Assembly (NCBI GenBank): GCA_965228345.1
Contig: CBDDHH010000004.1
Span: forward strand, 458,983-522,982
Length of the DNA: 64,000 bases
Direction: 5' to 3'
DNA from: Alphaproteobacteria bacterium
GTDB lineage: Bacteria; Pseudomonadota; Alphaproteobacteria; UBA7985
The position numbers and the translations under genes are program-made. Every line of letters begins with the position of its first letter. The stretch's first letter is position 1. Positions 19,966 through 30,761 of the stretch are shown one piece after another. A model generated the notes under the pieces. The model searched no databases, was not told the origin of the DNA, and worked only from the letters and a program-made list of their open reading frames with translations.

Positions 19966-20725
19966 GCGCGGCGACGATGAGCAGCAGCAACAGGGTTTCG
20001 GCCACAACTTGGGTCGCACCCAAACTGTCCCCTGAAACCCCCGGCAGCCAACGCCGCAAACCCAGGGTCCACAGCGCCCAGAACGCCACGTAGAAGCCGA
20101 TCAAAGAGAGCGGCACCAGCCCACAAAGCACCAGCAGAGCAAGACCTGCCCCCCAAAGACCCCAGGTGGGGCCTAAGGCTGGTTGGCCCTGAGCGGTAGC
20201 GCTGTGCTGCGGGTCTGCAGACCGGCTCGTCGCCCAGAGCAACGCCATGGTCTGCCGTGACAAGAGCGAAACGCCTAAAAGAGCCAGGAAGAGGCCCCAT
20301 TGGTCGTCGAGGGCAATCAAGGCCGCAAACAATAGAACTTGTCCAATGAACAAAGACACGAGCGCCAGGACACCAAAGGCCCCCATACGCGGGTCGCGCA
20401 TGACCTCTAGGCGTCGATCGGGACCGACCCCGAGCCCGTCGGCCAAGTCCGCCAATCCATCCCAATGCAAAGCGCCCGTAGCGATCAGCGGCGTGACGAC
20501 GAGCGCCCAGGCGAGCACGAAGTCCCCGTAGGGGGTGGCACCGACCAGGGCCTTGAGACCCCAAAACACCCCCATTTGCAAGCCCGCCAGGGCGAGCGCG
20601 ACCAACGGCAGAGCCCAGAGCGCTTGGGGGAGTGGACGCGCCGCCCGAAAGGATGGCGCGGGGATGCGGGTAAAGAAGGTCCAGGCCAGCAAGATGTCGC
20701 GGCAGGCCGCACGGAGGGCATTCAT
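19958..20725 (-). CDS. cobS: Adenosylcobinamide-GDP ribazoletransferase (cobalamin synthase CobS)
   Basis: 255-aa polytopic membrane protein matching the CobS family. Confidence 0.85.
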   Translation of the reverse strand: MNALRAACRDILLAWTFFTRIPAPSFRAARPLPQALWALPLVALALAGLQMGVFWGLKALVGATPYGDFVLAWALVVTPLIATGALHWDGLADLADGLGVGPDRRLEVMRDPRMGAFGVLALVSLFIGQVLLFAALIALDDQWGLFLALLGVSLLSRQTMALLWATSRSADPQHSATAQGQPALGPTWGLWGAGLALLVLCGLVPLSLIGFYVAFWALWTLGLRRWLPGVSGDSLGATQVVAETLLLLLIVAAHG

Positions 20726-20764
20726 GCCTTGCCTTTAGGGGGCCAATCCAGGAAAGGCCATGGC

Positions 20765-21796
20765 ATGACCGACGCCAAAATGCCCGCATCGCTCGACGAA
20801 ATTCGTGACCTCCTGCACCACCTGCCCGAAGGGAACGCAGCGGCGGTTGCCGGTGTTGTCGCGCGGGAGCAGCACCTGACCAAGCCCCAGGGCTCGCTAG
20901 GCCGCTTGGAGGAGATGACGCAGTGGTTGGCCCGTTGGCAAGGGACCGCCACGCCCCGGCTCGACCATCCCCGTACCGCCGTGTTTGCGGGCAACCATGG
21001 CGTCTGCGCGCAGGGGGTGTCGGCCTTCCCCCAAGCCGTCACGGCCCAGATGGTCGCCAATTTTCGCCACGGCGGCGCCTGCGTCAACCAACTTGTCGGG
21101 CAAATCGACGGCGATCTGAATGTCTATGAACTCGACTTGGACCACCCAACGGCGGACATGAGCCAAGGCCCAGCTATGGACGATCAACGTGTGTCTGAGG
21201 CATTGTCTTTCGGTATGATGGCGGTGGAACCTGGCATCCATATCTTGGCGTTGGGGGAGATGGGCATCGGCAATACCACTGCCGCCGCCGCGATTTGCCT
21301 TGCCCTATTCGGCGGCGCAGCAGAGGAGTGGACTGGGCCTGGAACAGGCGTGACAGGGGAAGCCCTGAGCCACAAGGCCCGGATCGTGCGCCAAGCGGTC
21401 GAAACCAATGCGGCGTCCATGACCGACGGGTTGGAAACGCTGCGCTGCGTCGGCGGCCTGGAGTTGGCAGCGATTTGCGGCAGCATCGTGGCCGCGCGCC
21501 TTGCCAAGGTGCCCGTCTTGCTGGACGGTTTCATTTGCACCGCCGCCGCCGCCTGCCTGCACGCCATAGACGCGCGCCTGCTCGACCACTGCCTCGTGGC
21601 ACATCAGTCGGCCGAACCCGGTCATGCCAAATTGTGCGCGGCCTTAGGAAAAGACCCCTTGCTCAATCTGGGTATGCGCCTGGGCGAAGGCTCCGCCGCG
21701 ACGCTCGCCATCGCCTTACTTCGATCCGCCCTCGCCTGCCACTTGGGCATGGCGACGTTTGAAGAGGCCCAAGTAGCGGGGAAAACCGACGCCTGA
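20765..21796 (+). CDS. cobT: Nicotinate-nucleotide--dimethylbenzimidazole phosphoribosyltransferase CobT
   Basis: CobT-family GEMGIGNTT motif. The start is set at ATG 20765 (MTDAKMP...). The 100-codon upstream extension in the track overlaps cobS on the opposite strand and is rejected. Confidence 0.85.
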   Translation: MTDAKMPASLDEIRDLLHHLPEGNAAAVAGVVAREQHLTKPQGSLGRLEEMTQWLARWQGTATPRLDHPRTAVFAGNHGVCAQGVSAFPQAVTAQMVANFRHGGACVNQLVGQIDGDLNVYELDLDHPTADMSQGPAMDDQRVSEALSFGMMAVEPGIHILALGEMGIGNTTAAAAICLALFGGAAEEWTGPGTGVTGEALSHKARIVRQAVETNAASMTDGLETLRCVGGLELAAICGSIVAARLAKVPVLLDGFICTAAAACLHAIDARLLDHCLVAHQSAEPGHAKLCAALGKDPLLNLGMRLGEGSAATLAIALLRSALACHLGMATFEEAQVAGKTDA

Positions 21797-21900
21797 CGCA
21801 CTGGTTCATTGAGGGATGCCCTTATTCCGAGCGTCAAGTATGACCTGACCTTAGGCGGCCGCCATGAGACTTAGATAGCGAATGCGCCTTTATTTGATTA

Positions 21901-23339
21901 ATACCAGTTCACCTTAAAACAGACTCTTTATGAACTGGTATAGGGCCGCGACTACGGCCCCCGCAGCGGCACCGAGAACAGCGGACACGCGCCTCGGGGT
22001 ATAAGCAAAGGCCTCGTCCAGCGGTCGGGCTGAGCGAGCCTAGCGAGCGAGGTGAGACCGCAACGAAAGAAACCGAATCGCAACGCGTTTCTGCCGTGAG
22101 TATCCATGATAAATCAAGGGGCAATTTGTGACCATTTTCTGTTTTCCCGCAAGAGGGCATTTGCCAGCGTGATCAGCTTAGGCATCACGGCGATGAGGGC
22201 GACTTTTTTCGGCTTTCCGGCTTCGACAAGGCGGCTCTAAGAAATCCTTTAGGTCTTCATTGTATCGCATGGCAACCAAGGAAGGCATGTAGAGGGCATT
22301 GCGTACAGGAGCTCTTCCCCCCTTGATACGGGCGACACCCTTAAGCGTTCCTGATTGGGATTGCATAGGAGCCAAGCCAGCTAGAGCGCCAATCTTTTTC
22401 TGACTGAGTGTGCCAAGCTCTGGCATGTTGGTCAGAAGGGATATGGCTGTTCGTGCCGCAATCCCTGGGATTGTGATCAAGATGTTAAAGCGCTCCAAGA
22501 GATCAGGATGGGCTTCGATGAGCTTCTTGGTCTTGAGGGTTAGCTGTTCGATCTCCTTTTCGAGGGTCTTGAGCATTCTCGTTGCAAGCCTCACAGCGGC
22601 CTTATGGGTAACGACTTTCTTCGTGTTGCTCCACTGCGTTTGCGTTTGCACAAGCCCTTGATGAAGACTTTGGTATTCTCCAAGAGTTTCAATGACTTCA
22701 TCGCGTATCTTGGTGGGCTCAAGGGGGAGGGTTTGGCCCATGAGTGCCAGGATTTTCGCATCGACCTTATCGGTTTTTGCGAGTTGGCCGATGCTGTTGG
22801 CAAAGCATCGCGCTTGCCAAGGGTTGACCTTTGCGTAAGCGATTTGGGCTTGAGCAAGGCCACGTTCCAAGGCTCTGTGATAGAAGCCAGTTGCCTCAAA
22901 AACGACCAGGCAATCAGGAAACTTGCTCAAGGTCTTGATGAGAGCCTTAATCCCGCAAGGGGTATTGGGCTTGCAGCTATGGTTTTGGCCATTTGACACA
23001 AAAATATCGAATTGGGCTTTTGAAACATCAATTCCGATGGTAACTTGTGACATCTTTGCGTTCCCTTTCTTGTCATACGGGACGCACAGCTGGCTCCCTA
23101 GTATCCATTCGGGCCACTTGTAGGAAAGACGGGGTGATCAAACTCACGAACGGTGCCTGCAACGCAGCACCTAGACACGAACGATCCAGCCCCGCCGCCG
23201 ATTTGGGGGTGGCCACCCCCAAATCGGCGCGTCAAGCTTACCCCAAATGATCTAGCATCGCGGCAAGAAAACGCTCATATTCCATTAAACAAGACACGAA
23301 ACGGTCATGAAAAGGTCACTTTTTATGACCGTTGGTATA
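21901..23339 (-). mobile_element. IS110-family element copy 3 (full length) embedded in a target repeat
   Basis: REP-like tail at 21901-22140 with the terminal hairpin variant ataccagttcaccttaaaacagactctttatgaactggtat. The palindromic left end sits at 23297-23339. Confidence 0.8.
22178..23053 (-). CDS. IS110-family transposase, 291 aa
   Basis: Differs from the 16912-17787 copy by a few residues. Confidence 0.85.
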   Translation of the reverse strand: MSQVTIGIDVSKAQFDIFVSNGQNHSCKPNTPCGIKALIKTLSKFPDCLVVFEATGFYHRALERGLAQAQIAYAKVNPWQARCFANSIGQLAKTDKVDAKILALMGQTLPLEPTKIRDEVIETLGEYQSLHQGLVQTQTQWSNTKKVVTHKAAVRLATRMLKTLEKEIEQLTLKTKKLIEAHPDLLERFNILITIPGIAARTAISLLTNMPELGTLSQKKIGALAGLAPMQSQSGTLKGVARIKGGRAPVRNALYMPSLVAMRYNEDLKDFLEPPCRSRKAEKSRPHRRDA

Positions 23340-24035
23340 AGCCCCAAGCGGCAACGCCATCAACTCGGGGCTAAGGGCTTTGAGTTTAGCGCGGGCGGCT
23401 TGCATCAGCTGCGGCTGGGCCATGAGGCGGGCGCATTGGGCCCAGAACGGGGGCTGATGGTGGGGTTCCTTCAGATGCGCGACTTCGTGCGCGACCAAGT
23501 AATCTTGCAGCAAAGGATCGGCGCACATGATGCGCCAGTTGAAGCTGAGCGCGCCGCCCAACGTGCAAGACCCCCAGCGGGACTTGGTATCCCGCAGCGT
23601 CAGCCGTGCGATGGGACGCCCGAGTTGGCCCGCTTTGGCGTGGGCCAAGGGCGGAATCGTCTGCTTTGCTAAGGCTTTTAGCAGTCTCGATAGGTCGTCC
23701 CCAGGGCAGCTCGCCCTAAGAACCAAGCGATCTTGGTCCAAAGTGGGCTTTGGTCCATAGGTCACGGGCAGGAGGCGACCGTTGACGGGGATCTGGGTGC
23801 CTCGGGTTAGCGGGAGGCTGTGGGCCAAGATCTTGGCGCGGCGGGGCCTGATCCAGTCTGCCTTGTCCCGAACAAATCGCAAACCTCGATCCAGGCTCGT
23901 GCCTGGGGGCAGGGTTAGGCGCACGTTGCCCGTGCGCGCGTCCAAGCGGAACTGCAGGCGCTTGGCCCGCTGATTGCGGATCACCTCAACGGGCACGTCC
24001 TCGCCCAATACTGAGAGGGTCGTCAAAGTTGACAT
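23316..24035 (-). CDS. M48-superfamily metallohydrolase, YgjP/DUF45-like (HExxH)
   Basis: 239 aa with LVAHEVAHL. The last 7 codons (YTNGHKK*) are encoded by the IS110/repeat palindrome. Confidence 0.7.
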   Translation of the reverse strand: MSTLTTLSVLGEDVPVEVIRNQRAKRLQFRLDARTGNVRLTLPPGTSLDRGLRFVRDKADWIRPRRAKILAHSLPLTRGTQIPVNGRLLPVTYGPKPTLDQDRLVLRASCPGDDLSRLLKALAKQTIPPLAHAKAGQLGRPIARLTLRDTKSRWGSCTLGGALSFNWRIMCADPLLQDYLVAHEVAHLKEPHHQPPFWAQCARLMAQPQLMQAARAKLKALSPELMALPLGAYTNGHKK

Positions 24036-24164
24036 GCCTGGTCCCTGCCATAGGGTCGTTGGCGGACAGAAGGCAAATCTTCAAAAAAGACTCGTGATTT
24101 CTTGGGACCTTTTGTTTAGGAAATTCACGAAGAGCCGCTTTATGTGACCTTAAGGAGACCCGCC

Positions 24165-24995
24165 ATGGACTTGCGCCAGTTAGAATATGTGATTGAACAG
24201 GCCTTTGACGCCCGCGACTCTGTTTCGGTTGAGACCCAAGGCGAAATTCGTGAGGCAGTGGACGAAACGCTTAGGGCCCTCGACAGCGGCGCGTTGCGCG
24301 TTGCGGAGAAAAATGACGGTGCTTGGCAAGTCAACCAATGGGCCAAGAAAGCGGTCTTGCTTGGCTTTCGGCTCAATCCCATGGCCCAGATGGGCACGGC
24401 CCCCGGGGGGGGGACCTATTGGGACAAGGTGGCGGCAAAGTGGCACCATTGGGACCAGGACCAGTGGCAGGCGGCGGCGTTTCGGGCCGTTCCAGGCTGT
24501 TTCGTGCGTCACTCGGCCTACATCGCGCCCAATGTGGTCTTGATGCCCTCCTTTGTGAATTTGGGGGCCTATGTCGATGAAGGCACCATGGTCGATACCT
24601 GGGCCACCGTCGGCTCGTGCGCGCAAATCGGCAAGAACGTCCACCTCTCCGGCGGCGTCGGCATTGGCGGGGTCTTGGAACCCTTGCAAGCCGGGCCTGT
24701 CATTATCGAGGACGATTGTTTCATTGGTGCCCGCTCGGAAGTGGTCGAGGGCGTGGTGGTCGAAACCGGCGCGGTCTTGGCCATGGGGGTCTTTATCTCC
24801 TCCACCACCAAAATTGTCGATCGGGATACGGGCCAAGTCATCACGGGTCGCGTTCCCGCCTACTCCGTCGTCGTGCCCGGGTCGCTTCCCAATTCGGACC
24901 CCAGCAAGCCGTCGCTGGCCTGCGCCGTCATCGTCAAGACCGTCGATGCGCAGACCCGCGCTAAGACTGCGGTCAACGAGTTGCTGCGCGACTAA
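24165..24995 (+). CDS. dapD: 2,3,4,5-tetrahydropyridine-2,6-dicarboxylate N-succinyltransferase DapD
   Basis: Left-handed beta-helix hexapeptide repeats and DapD N-terminal domain. The start is set at [11 protein letters not shown]. Confidence 0.9.
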   Translation: MDLRQLEYVIEQAFDARDSVSVETQGEIREAVDETLRALDSGALRVAEKNDGAWQVNQWAKKAVLLGFRLNPMAQMGTAPGGGTYWDKVAAKWHHWDQDQWQAAAFRAVPGCFVRHSAYIAPNVVLMPSFVNLGAYVDEGTMVDTWATVGSCAQIGKNVHLSGGVGIGGVLEPLQAGPVIIEDDCFIGARSEVVEGVVVETGAVLAMGVFISSTTKIVDRDTGQVITGRVPAYSVVVPGSLPNSDPSKPSLACAVIVKTVDAQTRAKTAVNELLRD

Positions 24996-25181
24996 TACCA
25001 GTTACTTTAAGAATAAGTCTTTATGAACTGGTATAAGGGCCGCGACTGCGGCCCCGAGATGAGCTAAGAAGGCGCCTCGGGGTATGAGCGAGGGCCCCGT
25101 CGGAGGCGAAACGCAACGCGTTTCTGCCGTGAGACAGAAAATTTTCATGAATGGGTCACCATTCATGAAAATTGGTATAAA
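24996..25181 (-). repeat. MITE/REP-like repeat, empty copy between dapD and dapE
   Basis: Begins immediately after the dapD TAA with taccagttactttaagaataagtctttatgaactggtat. It has a ggccgcgactgcggcc hairpin, ctcacggcagaaacgcg, and the palindrome variant ttttcatgaatgggtcaccattcatgaaaa. Confidence 0.7.
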
Positions 25182-25265
25182 GGCCCGCGGGAATGCAATG
25201 ACGCATCAGCAAGCGGGGCGGCTGCGCGCGCAGTTTCGCCGCTCAGTCCATGGGCCAAGCGCCTG

Positions 25266-26387
25266 ATGGATCCTCTTCGGCTGGCGCAAGATCTGGTCCG
25301 CTGTCCGTCGGTGACCCCTGTAGAAGCAGGCGCCTTGAGCCTTTGTCAAAGCTTCTTAAACGCCCGAGGGTTTGCAACGTGGCGACTGCCTTACGGCGAA
25401 GTCGATAACCTCTTCGCTCGCATTGGGGAGGCCAGCCCGCACCTTTGCTTTGCGGGCCATACGGACGTGGTGCCCGTTGGCGATGAGACCGCCTGGACCC
25501 ATCCCCCCTTCGCCGCCGTCGTCGACCATGGACGGCTCTTCGGGCGCGGGGCCGAAGACATGAAGGGCAATATCGCAGCGGCTCTCATTGCCGCCGCCGA
25601 GTTCTTGCACGCGCGCCCGGACTTTGCAGGCTCCCTATCGTTCTTATTGACGGGGGATGAAGAAGGCCCCGCCCTAAGCGGGACCGCAAAAGTGCTGTCT
25701 TGGATGGCAACGCAAGGGCACATTCCCGACCAGTGCATCGTCATGGAACCTACCGCCACCCAGGCCCCTGGCGATACACTAAAAATTGGGCGACGCGGGT
25801 CCCTCAACGCCACCTTGACCGTTAGGGGCACGCAAGGCCATGCCGCCTATCCTGACAAGGCCGACAATCCCTTACCGCGCTTGGTCGATTTGCTCAAGGC
25901 CCTGATCCAGCATCCCCTGGACAGCGGAACAGCGCATTTTGAACCCAGCAGTTTAGAATTGACGAGCCTGGATGTTGGCAACCCCGCGTCCAACGTGATT
26001 CCCGGCCAAGGGCAAGCCCGTTTCAATTCGCGCTTCAACGATCTCTGGACCCCTGAGACGTTGCGGGCGGAACTGGGTGCACGGCTCGATTCCGTAGGCG
26101 TGGCTTACGATTTGGCGACGACCTGCAACGCGGTCGCGTTTTTGACGCCGCCCGACCGGCTTGCGATCCCGCTCGCGGACGCTCTTGAGCGTGCGACGGG
26201 AACGCGCCCCACCTTCTCCACCACAGGCGGAACCTCCGACGCGCGCTTTATTCAGACCTTCTGCCCCGTTGTGGAAATGGGTTTGGTCGGCAAAACCTTG
26301 CACCAAATCGACGAGTCGGTTCCGATCGACCATCTAGACGTTCTTAAGGGACTTTATCGATGCGCGATTGACGCGCTGACGCCATGA
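25266..26387 (+). CDS. dapE: Succinyl-diaminopimelate desuccinylase DapE
   Basis: M20 peptidase family with HTDVVP and GAEDMKG motifs. Confidence 0.9.
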   Translation: MDPLRLAQDLVRCPSVTPVEAGALSLCQSFLNARGFATWRLPYGEVDNLFARIGEASPHLCFAGHTDVVPVGDETAWTHPPFAAVVDHGRLFGRGAEDMKGNIAAALIAAAEFLHARPDFAGSLSFLLTGDEEGPALSGTAKVLSWMATQGHIPDQCIVMEPTATQAPGDTLKIGRRGSLNATLTVRGTQGHAAYPDKADNPLPRLVDLLKALIQHPLDSGTAHFEPSSLELTSLDVGNPASNVIPGQGQARFNSRFNDLWTPETLRAELGARLDSVGVAYDLATTCNAVAFLTPPDRLAIPLADALERATGTRPTFSTTGGTSDARFIQTFCPVVEMGLVGKTLHQIDESVPIDHLDVLKGLYRCAIDALTP

Positions 26388-27190
26388 TTGCGCTCGCCAT
26401 CCTCGCCTTGCCTGTCCTTGCCTGGCTTGGGGTGTGCCTTGGGTTCTACGCTTCCCAAGACCGACTGGTCTATGCGCGTGGCGGCGACCCGCCATCCATG
26501 GCGCGCGCCTGCGTCTATTCAGGCCAGGTCATCACCCTCCAACCCGATGCGCCAGCCCTCCTCACGACCCGCAGTTGGTACTGGCCCGCCCGCGAGGGAG
26601 TGCCGACAATTTTGTTCTGCCACGGCAACAACCTTACCATTGAGGCGCGCGCACCCTGGATGCAATTTGCCCTCGGGCAAGGGTGGGGCCTGCTGCTGCT
26701 CGGCTATCGCGGCTACGGTGGCAATCCTGGAACGCCGTCGCAAGCAGGCTTGACCGCCGACGGCCTTGCAGGATTCGATTGGTTGGTGGACCAAGGCGTC
26801 CCACTTAGGCAGATCCATCTGTTCGGCCATTCCCTGGGGGCCGCTGTCGCGTGCCAAGTGGCGGCACGACGCCCCTGCCGATCCCTAGGGCTGCTCTCCC
26901 CCTTCGATACCCTCACCGCTGCCGCCAAAGACCTCTATCCCTTTCTGCCAACGCGTCTAATTTTGCGGGACTCGTGGCGGTCCATCGATACCTTGGCGCA
27001 AATCACCTGCCCCCTTATGATTGTGGCGTCGGATCGTGATAAGACCGTTCGCTTAGGCCGGTCTCGCCGCCTGTTTGTGACGGCGCGGTCGCCCAAGGAA
27101 TTCCTCCTCATCCCCGGCCTTGACCATGGTGACTTGGCTTTGGCAGGCGCGCCGCGCGCCTTGGTAGATTTTTTCTGGCGACATCGCTAA
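26384..27190 (+). CDS. Alpha/beta-hydrolase fold protein (GHSLG nucleophile elbow)
   Basis: 268 aa with an N-terminal TM segment. ATGA overlap with dapE. Confidence 0.7.
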   Translation: MIALAILALPVLAWLGVCLGFYASQDRLVYARGGDPPSMARACVYSGQVITLQPDAPALLTTRSWYWPAREGVPTILFCHGNNLTIEARAPWMQFALGQGWGLLLLGYRGYGGNPGTPSQAGLTADGLAGFDWLVDQGVPLRQIHLFGHSLGAAVACQVAARRPCRSLGLLSPFDTLTAAAKDLYPFLPTRLILRDSWRSIDTLAQITCPLMIVASDRDKTVRLGRSRRLFVTARSPKEFLLIPGLDHGDLALAGAPRALVDFFWRHR

Positions 27191-27392
27191 AGTGGAGTCC
27201 AAGTCGGTTGGACCAACCGACGCAGAGAACATCCGCGCCAACAAAGGACTGAAAGCCATTCACCGAATTCAATGCACGCTCCAGCGGCTTTAAGCGCCGC
27301 TGGCAACTGTGATCGCCTCATGTGGTTTGGGGACAACAAGGAAAGGACGCGTCGATCGCCTGGGCTGAACGCGCAGGATCGACCAAATATAC

Positions 27393-27959
27393 ATGAAAAT
27401 AAACGGCAACCAGATTCGCCCTGGCCATATCATCGAATACAAGAACCGCCTAATGCGGGCGGTCAAAACCCAGCATGTCAAGCCTGGCAAGGGCGGCGCC
27501 TTCGCCCAGGTGGAACTGAAGGACATTCGCGACGGCACAAAGATGAACGAACGCTTTCGCTCTGATGATTCGGTCGAGCGCGTTACCTTGGAGCAACGGG
27601 CCTATACCTACCTTTATGCTGAAGGCGATATGCTCACCTTTATGGACCTGGAGTCCTACGAACAAATTGCCCTGCCCGAGGACTTTGTCGGCGAGCCGGT
27701 GCGGTTTTTGCAAGAAAACATGAGCGTTGAAATCGAGCTTTACGAAGGCGAACCCATCGGCGTGACCTTGCCGGAAACGGTGGTGCTGACGATTGCCGAG
27801 GCGGATGCGGTGGTAAAGGGACAGACGGCCTCCTCCTCCTACAAGCCCGCCGTCCTGGAAAACGGCGTGCGAGTTATGGTCCCCCCGCACATAGAGGCGG
27901 GGATCAAGATCGTCGTCGATACGGCCAGCGCTGAGTACAAGGAACGTTTTAAGGGTTAA
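27393..27959 (+). CDS. efp: Elongation factor P
   Basis: 188 aa, [11 protein letters not shown]...KPGKGGAF... Confidence 0.92.
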   Translation: MKINGNQIRPGHIIEYKNRLMRAVKTQHVKPGKGGAFAQVELKDIRDGTKMNERFRSDDSVERVTLEQRAYTYLYAEGDMLTFMDLESYEQIALPEDFVGEPVRFLQENMSVEIELYEGEPIGVTLPETVVLTIAEADAVVKGQTASSSYKPAVLENGVRVMVPPHIEAGIKIVVDTASAEYKERFKG

Positions 27960-27961
27960 GC

Positions 27962-28753
27962 ATGTCGCGTCGCTCCCCCTTGACCAACATGATGGTGCGG
28001 GCGGCGGAGGAGGCTGCCAAGCTGCTGCGCCGGGATTTTGGCGACATAGGGCATTTGCAAGTGTCCAAAAAGGGGCCCGCCGACTTTGTTTCCAAAGCCG
28101 ACACAGCGGCCGAAGCGGTGATTCGGCGCATCTTGGAACAGGCCAAACCCGAAGCAGGGTTTTGGGGGGAAGAAAGCGGGGCCAGCGGCGATCAGTCCGC
28201 TATCCGCTGGATCGTCGACCCCCTCGACGGTACCACCAATTTTCTTCATGGCATGCCGCACTGGGGCATCTCCCTCGCATTGGAAGAGCAGGGTCAGATC
28301 AGCCATGGCGTGGTTTACGACGTCTTGCGCGACGAGCTATTCTGGGCCGAACGCGGGGTCGGGGCCTTCTTAGGCGGGAAACGCCTAAAAGTCACCGGGC
28401 GCGAGTCCCTGGCCCAAGCCCTGCTGGTCGCGGGTATTCCGCACCTGGGGCGCCCGGTTCATCCCCGCGCGTGGGACCAGGTGCGCCGCCTTTCGGTCCT
28501 GTCGTCGGGCGTCCGTCGGTCCGGCTCTGCCGCGCTGGACTTAACCTATGTGGCCGCAGGACGCTTTGACGCCTATTGGGAAGCGAGCCTGAGCCCTTGG
28601 GACGTAGCCGCGGGTTTGCTGCTGTGCCGCGAAGCGGGGGCGGTCGTGTGCGACTATTCAGGTCAGCCGATCCATCATTCGGGCAACGAAGTGGTGGCCG
28701 CAGCCCCCCTCCTGGCCGACCAAGTGATCGCGCAGCTCAAAGATCCGCATTAA
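27962..28753 (+). CDS. suhB: Inositol monophosphatase family protein (SuhB-like)
   Basis: WIVDPLDGTTNF motif. Confidence 0.85.
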   Translation: MSRRSPLTNMMVRAAEEAAKLLRRDFGDIGHLQVSKKGPADFVSKADTAAEAVIRRILEQAKPEAGFWGEESGASGDQSAIRWIVDPLDGTTNFLHGMPHWGISLALEEQGQISHGVVYDVLRDELFWAERGVGAFLGGKRLKVTGRESLAQALLVAGIPHLGRPVHPRAWDQVRRLSVLSSGVRRSGSAALDLTYVAAGRFDAYWEASLSPWDVAAGLLLCREAGAVVCDYSGQPIHHSGNEVVAAAPLLADQVIAQLKDPH

Positions 28754-28988
28754 GACCAGGGGCGGCAGAGTTTGACTCGCAAAAATGTATGGAGGCCTGG
28801 AACTTTTTCGTTATTGACAAACAGCGTATCACGTCAATCACACAAAGAAATTGGATGCGCGTCACTGGATCCCGCCGTTGGTATGAGGGGGCGGCTTAAG
28901 CCTCCGCCCATCCATCTGCCCGTTTCTTGAGCGTCACAACGCGCGCAATGTGACCGACCAGCGCTTCGACACCGTCAAAAGAAACACG

Positions 28989-30302
28989 GAATACCAACGG
29001 TCATAAAAAGTGACCTTTTCATGACCGTTTCGTGTCTTGTCTAATGGAATATGAGCGTTTTCTTGCCGCGATGCTGGATCATTTGGGGTAAGCTTGACGC
29101 GCCGATTTGGGGGTGGCCACCCCCAAATCGGCGGCGGGGCTGGATCGTTCGTGTCTAGGTGCTGCGTTGCAGGCACCGTTCGTGAGTTTGATCACCCCGT
29201 CTTTCCTACAAGTGGCCCGAATGGATACTAGGGAGCCAGCTGTGCGTCCCCTATGACAAGAAAGGGAACGGAAAGATGTCACAAGTTACCATCGGAATTG
29301 ATGTTTCAAAAGCCCAATTCGATATTTTTGTGTCAAATGGCCAAAACCATAGCTGCAAGCCCAAATCGCTTACGCAAAGGTCAACCCTTGGCAAGCCCGA
29401 TGCTTTGCCAACAGCATCGGCCAACTCGCAAAAACCGATAAGGTCGATGCGAAAATCCTGGCACTCATGGGCCAAACCCTCCCCCTTGAGCCCACCAAGA
29501 TACGCGATGAAGTCATTGAAACTCTTGGAGAATACCAAAGTCTTCATCAAGGGCTTGTGCAAACGCAAACGCAGTGGAGCAACACGAAGAAAGTCGTTAC
29601 CCATAAGGCCGCTGTGAGGCTTGCAACGAGAATGCTCAAGACCCTCGAAAAGGAGATCGAACAGCTAACCCTCAAGACCAAGAAGCTCATCGAAGCCCAT
29701 CCTGATCTCTTGGAGCGCTTTAACATCTTGATCACAATCCCAGGGATTGCGGCACGAACAGCCATATCCCTTCTGACCAACATGCCAGAGCTTGGCACGC
29801 TCAGTCAGAAAAAGATCGGCGCTCTAGCTGGCTTGGCTCCTATGCAATCCCAATCAGGAACGCTTAAGGGTGTCGCCCGTATCAAGGGGGGAAGAGCTCC
29901 TGTACGCAATGCTCTCTACATGCCTTCCTTGGTCGCCATGCGATACAATGAAGACCTAAAGGGTTTCTTAGAGCCGCCTTGTCGAAGCCGGAAAGCCGAA
30001 AAAAGTCGCCATCATCGCCGTGATGCCTAAGCTGATCACGCTGGCAAATGCCCTCTTGCGGGAAAACAGAAAATGGTCACAAATTGCCCCTTGATTTATC
30101 ATGGATACTCACGGCAGAAACGCTTCGCGTTTCGCCTCCCCTTCGCTTATACCGCGAGTCGCTTTCTTAGCTTGTCTCGGGGCCGCGTGTTTTTGGCGCG
30201 GGCGTTCCCTGCGCCCTTCGGGCTTGGAGCCCGCTACGGGGGCCGCAGTCGCGGCCCTTATACCAGCGATCATAAGAGTCATTTATAATTGTCGCTGGTA
30301 TT
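28989..30302 (+). mobile_element. IS110-family element copy 4 (same 121-bp deletion as copy 1) embedded in a target repeat
   Basis: Architecture and deletion junction are identical to copy 1. The tail ends ccagcgatcataagagtcatttataattgtcgctggtat. Confidence 0.8.
29276..30030 (+). pseudogene. IS110-family transposase disrupted by the same 121-bp deletion as copy 1
   Basis: Junction aagcccaa|atcgcttacgc is identical to the 12946-13700 copy, with one substitution nearby. Confidence 0.8.
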
Positions 30303-30380
30303 AGGGTCCGTGGACATTAGGGATTCCCATTTCTGCAAAATTGTGTTTCAAGCTTCCAAAACGGAGGTTTCAGTGAAGAA

Positions 30381-30761
30381 CTACCGCCTGACGGCGGTAG
30401 CATCGCGTTTGGAGTGCAACTCCAGATAGTTGAGGATGACGTCATCGGTGATGTTACCGCTAGTTGTGGAGAAGTAACCCCTAGCCCAGAAGTGCTGTCC
30501 CCAGTAGCGACGCTTTAGCTCTGGGAACTCTTGTTGCAACTTCCGAGACGAGCGACCCTTAATACGCTGCATGATGTAAGAGATGGACCGTTTGGGGGGA
30601 ACGGCCAAGAACATATGGACATGGTCACGCGCCAGAACACCTTTGACGATGCCAACTCCCAATTCCTCACAGGTTTGGCGAATCATGTCACGCGCCCGCA
30701 ACCCAATGGCTCCCTCTAGCACTTTATATCGATATTTGGTTGACCAGACGATATGATAGCG
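30381..30761 (-). pseudogene. tnpA: IS200/IS605-family Y1 transposase TnpA, disrupted by the ISAs1 insertion
   Basis: The 127 C-terminal codons (HuH HVHMFL; catalytic Tyr region RYWGQHFWARGYF) are separated from the first 13 codons. The track ORF 30381-30899 is a read-through chimera. Confidence 0.7.

Noticed and set aside
20465-20764. 100-codon N-terminal extension of cobT in the ORF track
   Set aside because: Arg/Gly/Gln-rich low-complexity translation that overlaps cobS on the other strand. CobT homology begins at Met 20765.
28860-28920. Possible partial repeat palindrome (ccgccgttggtatgagg) plus a gggcggcttaagcctccgccc hairpin between suhB and IS110 copy 4
   Set aside because: It only matches half of the palindrome. 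It may be a decayed remnant or a simple terminator, and the evidence is too weak to call.
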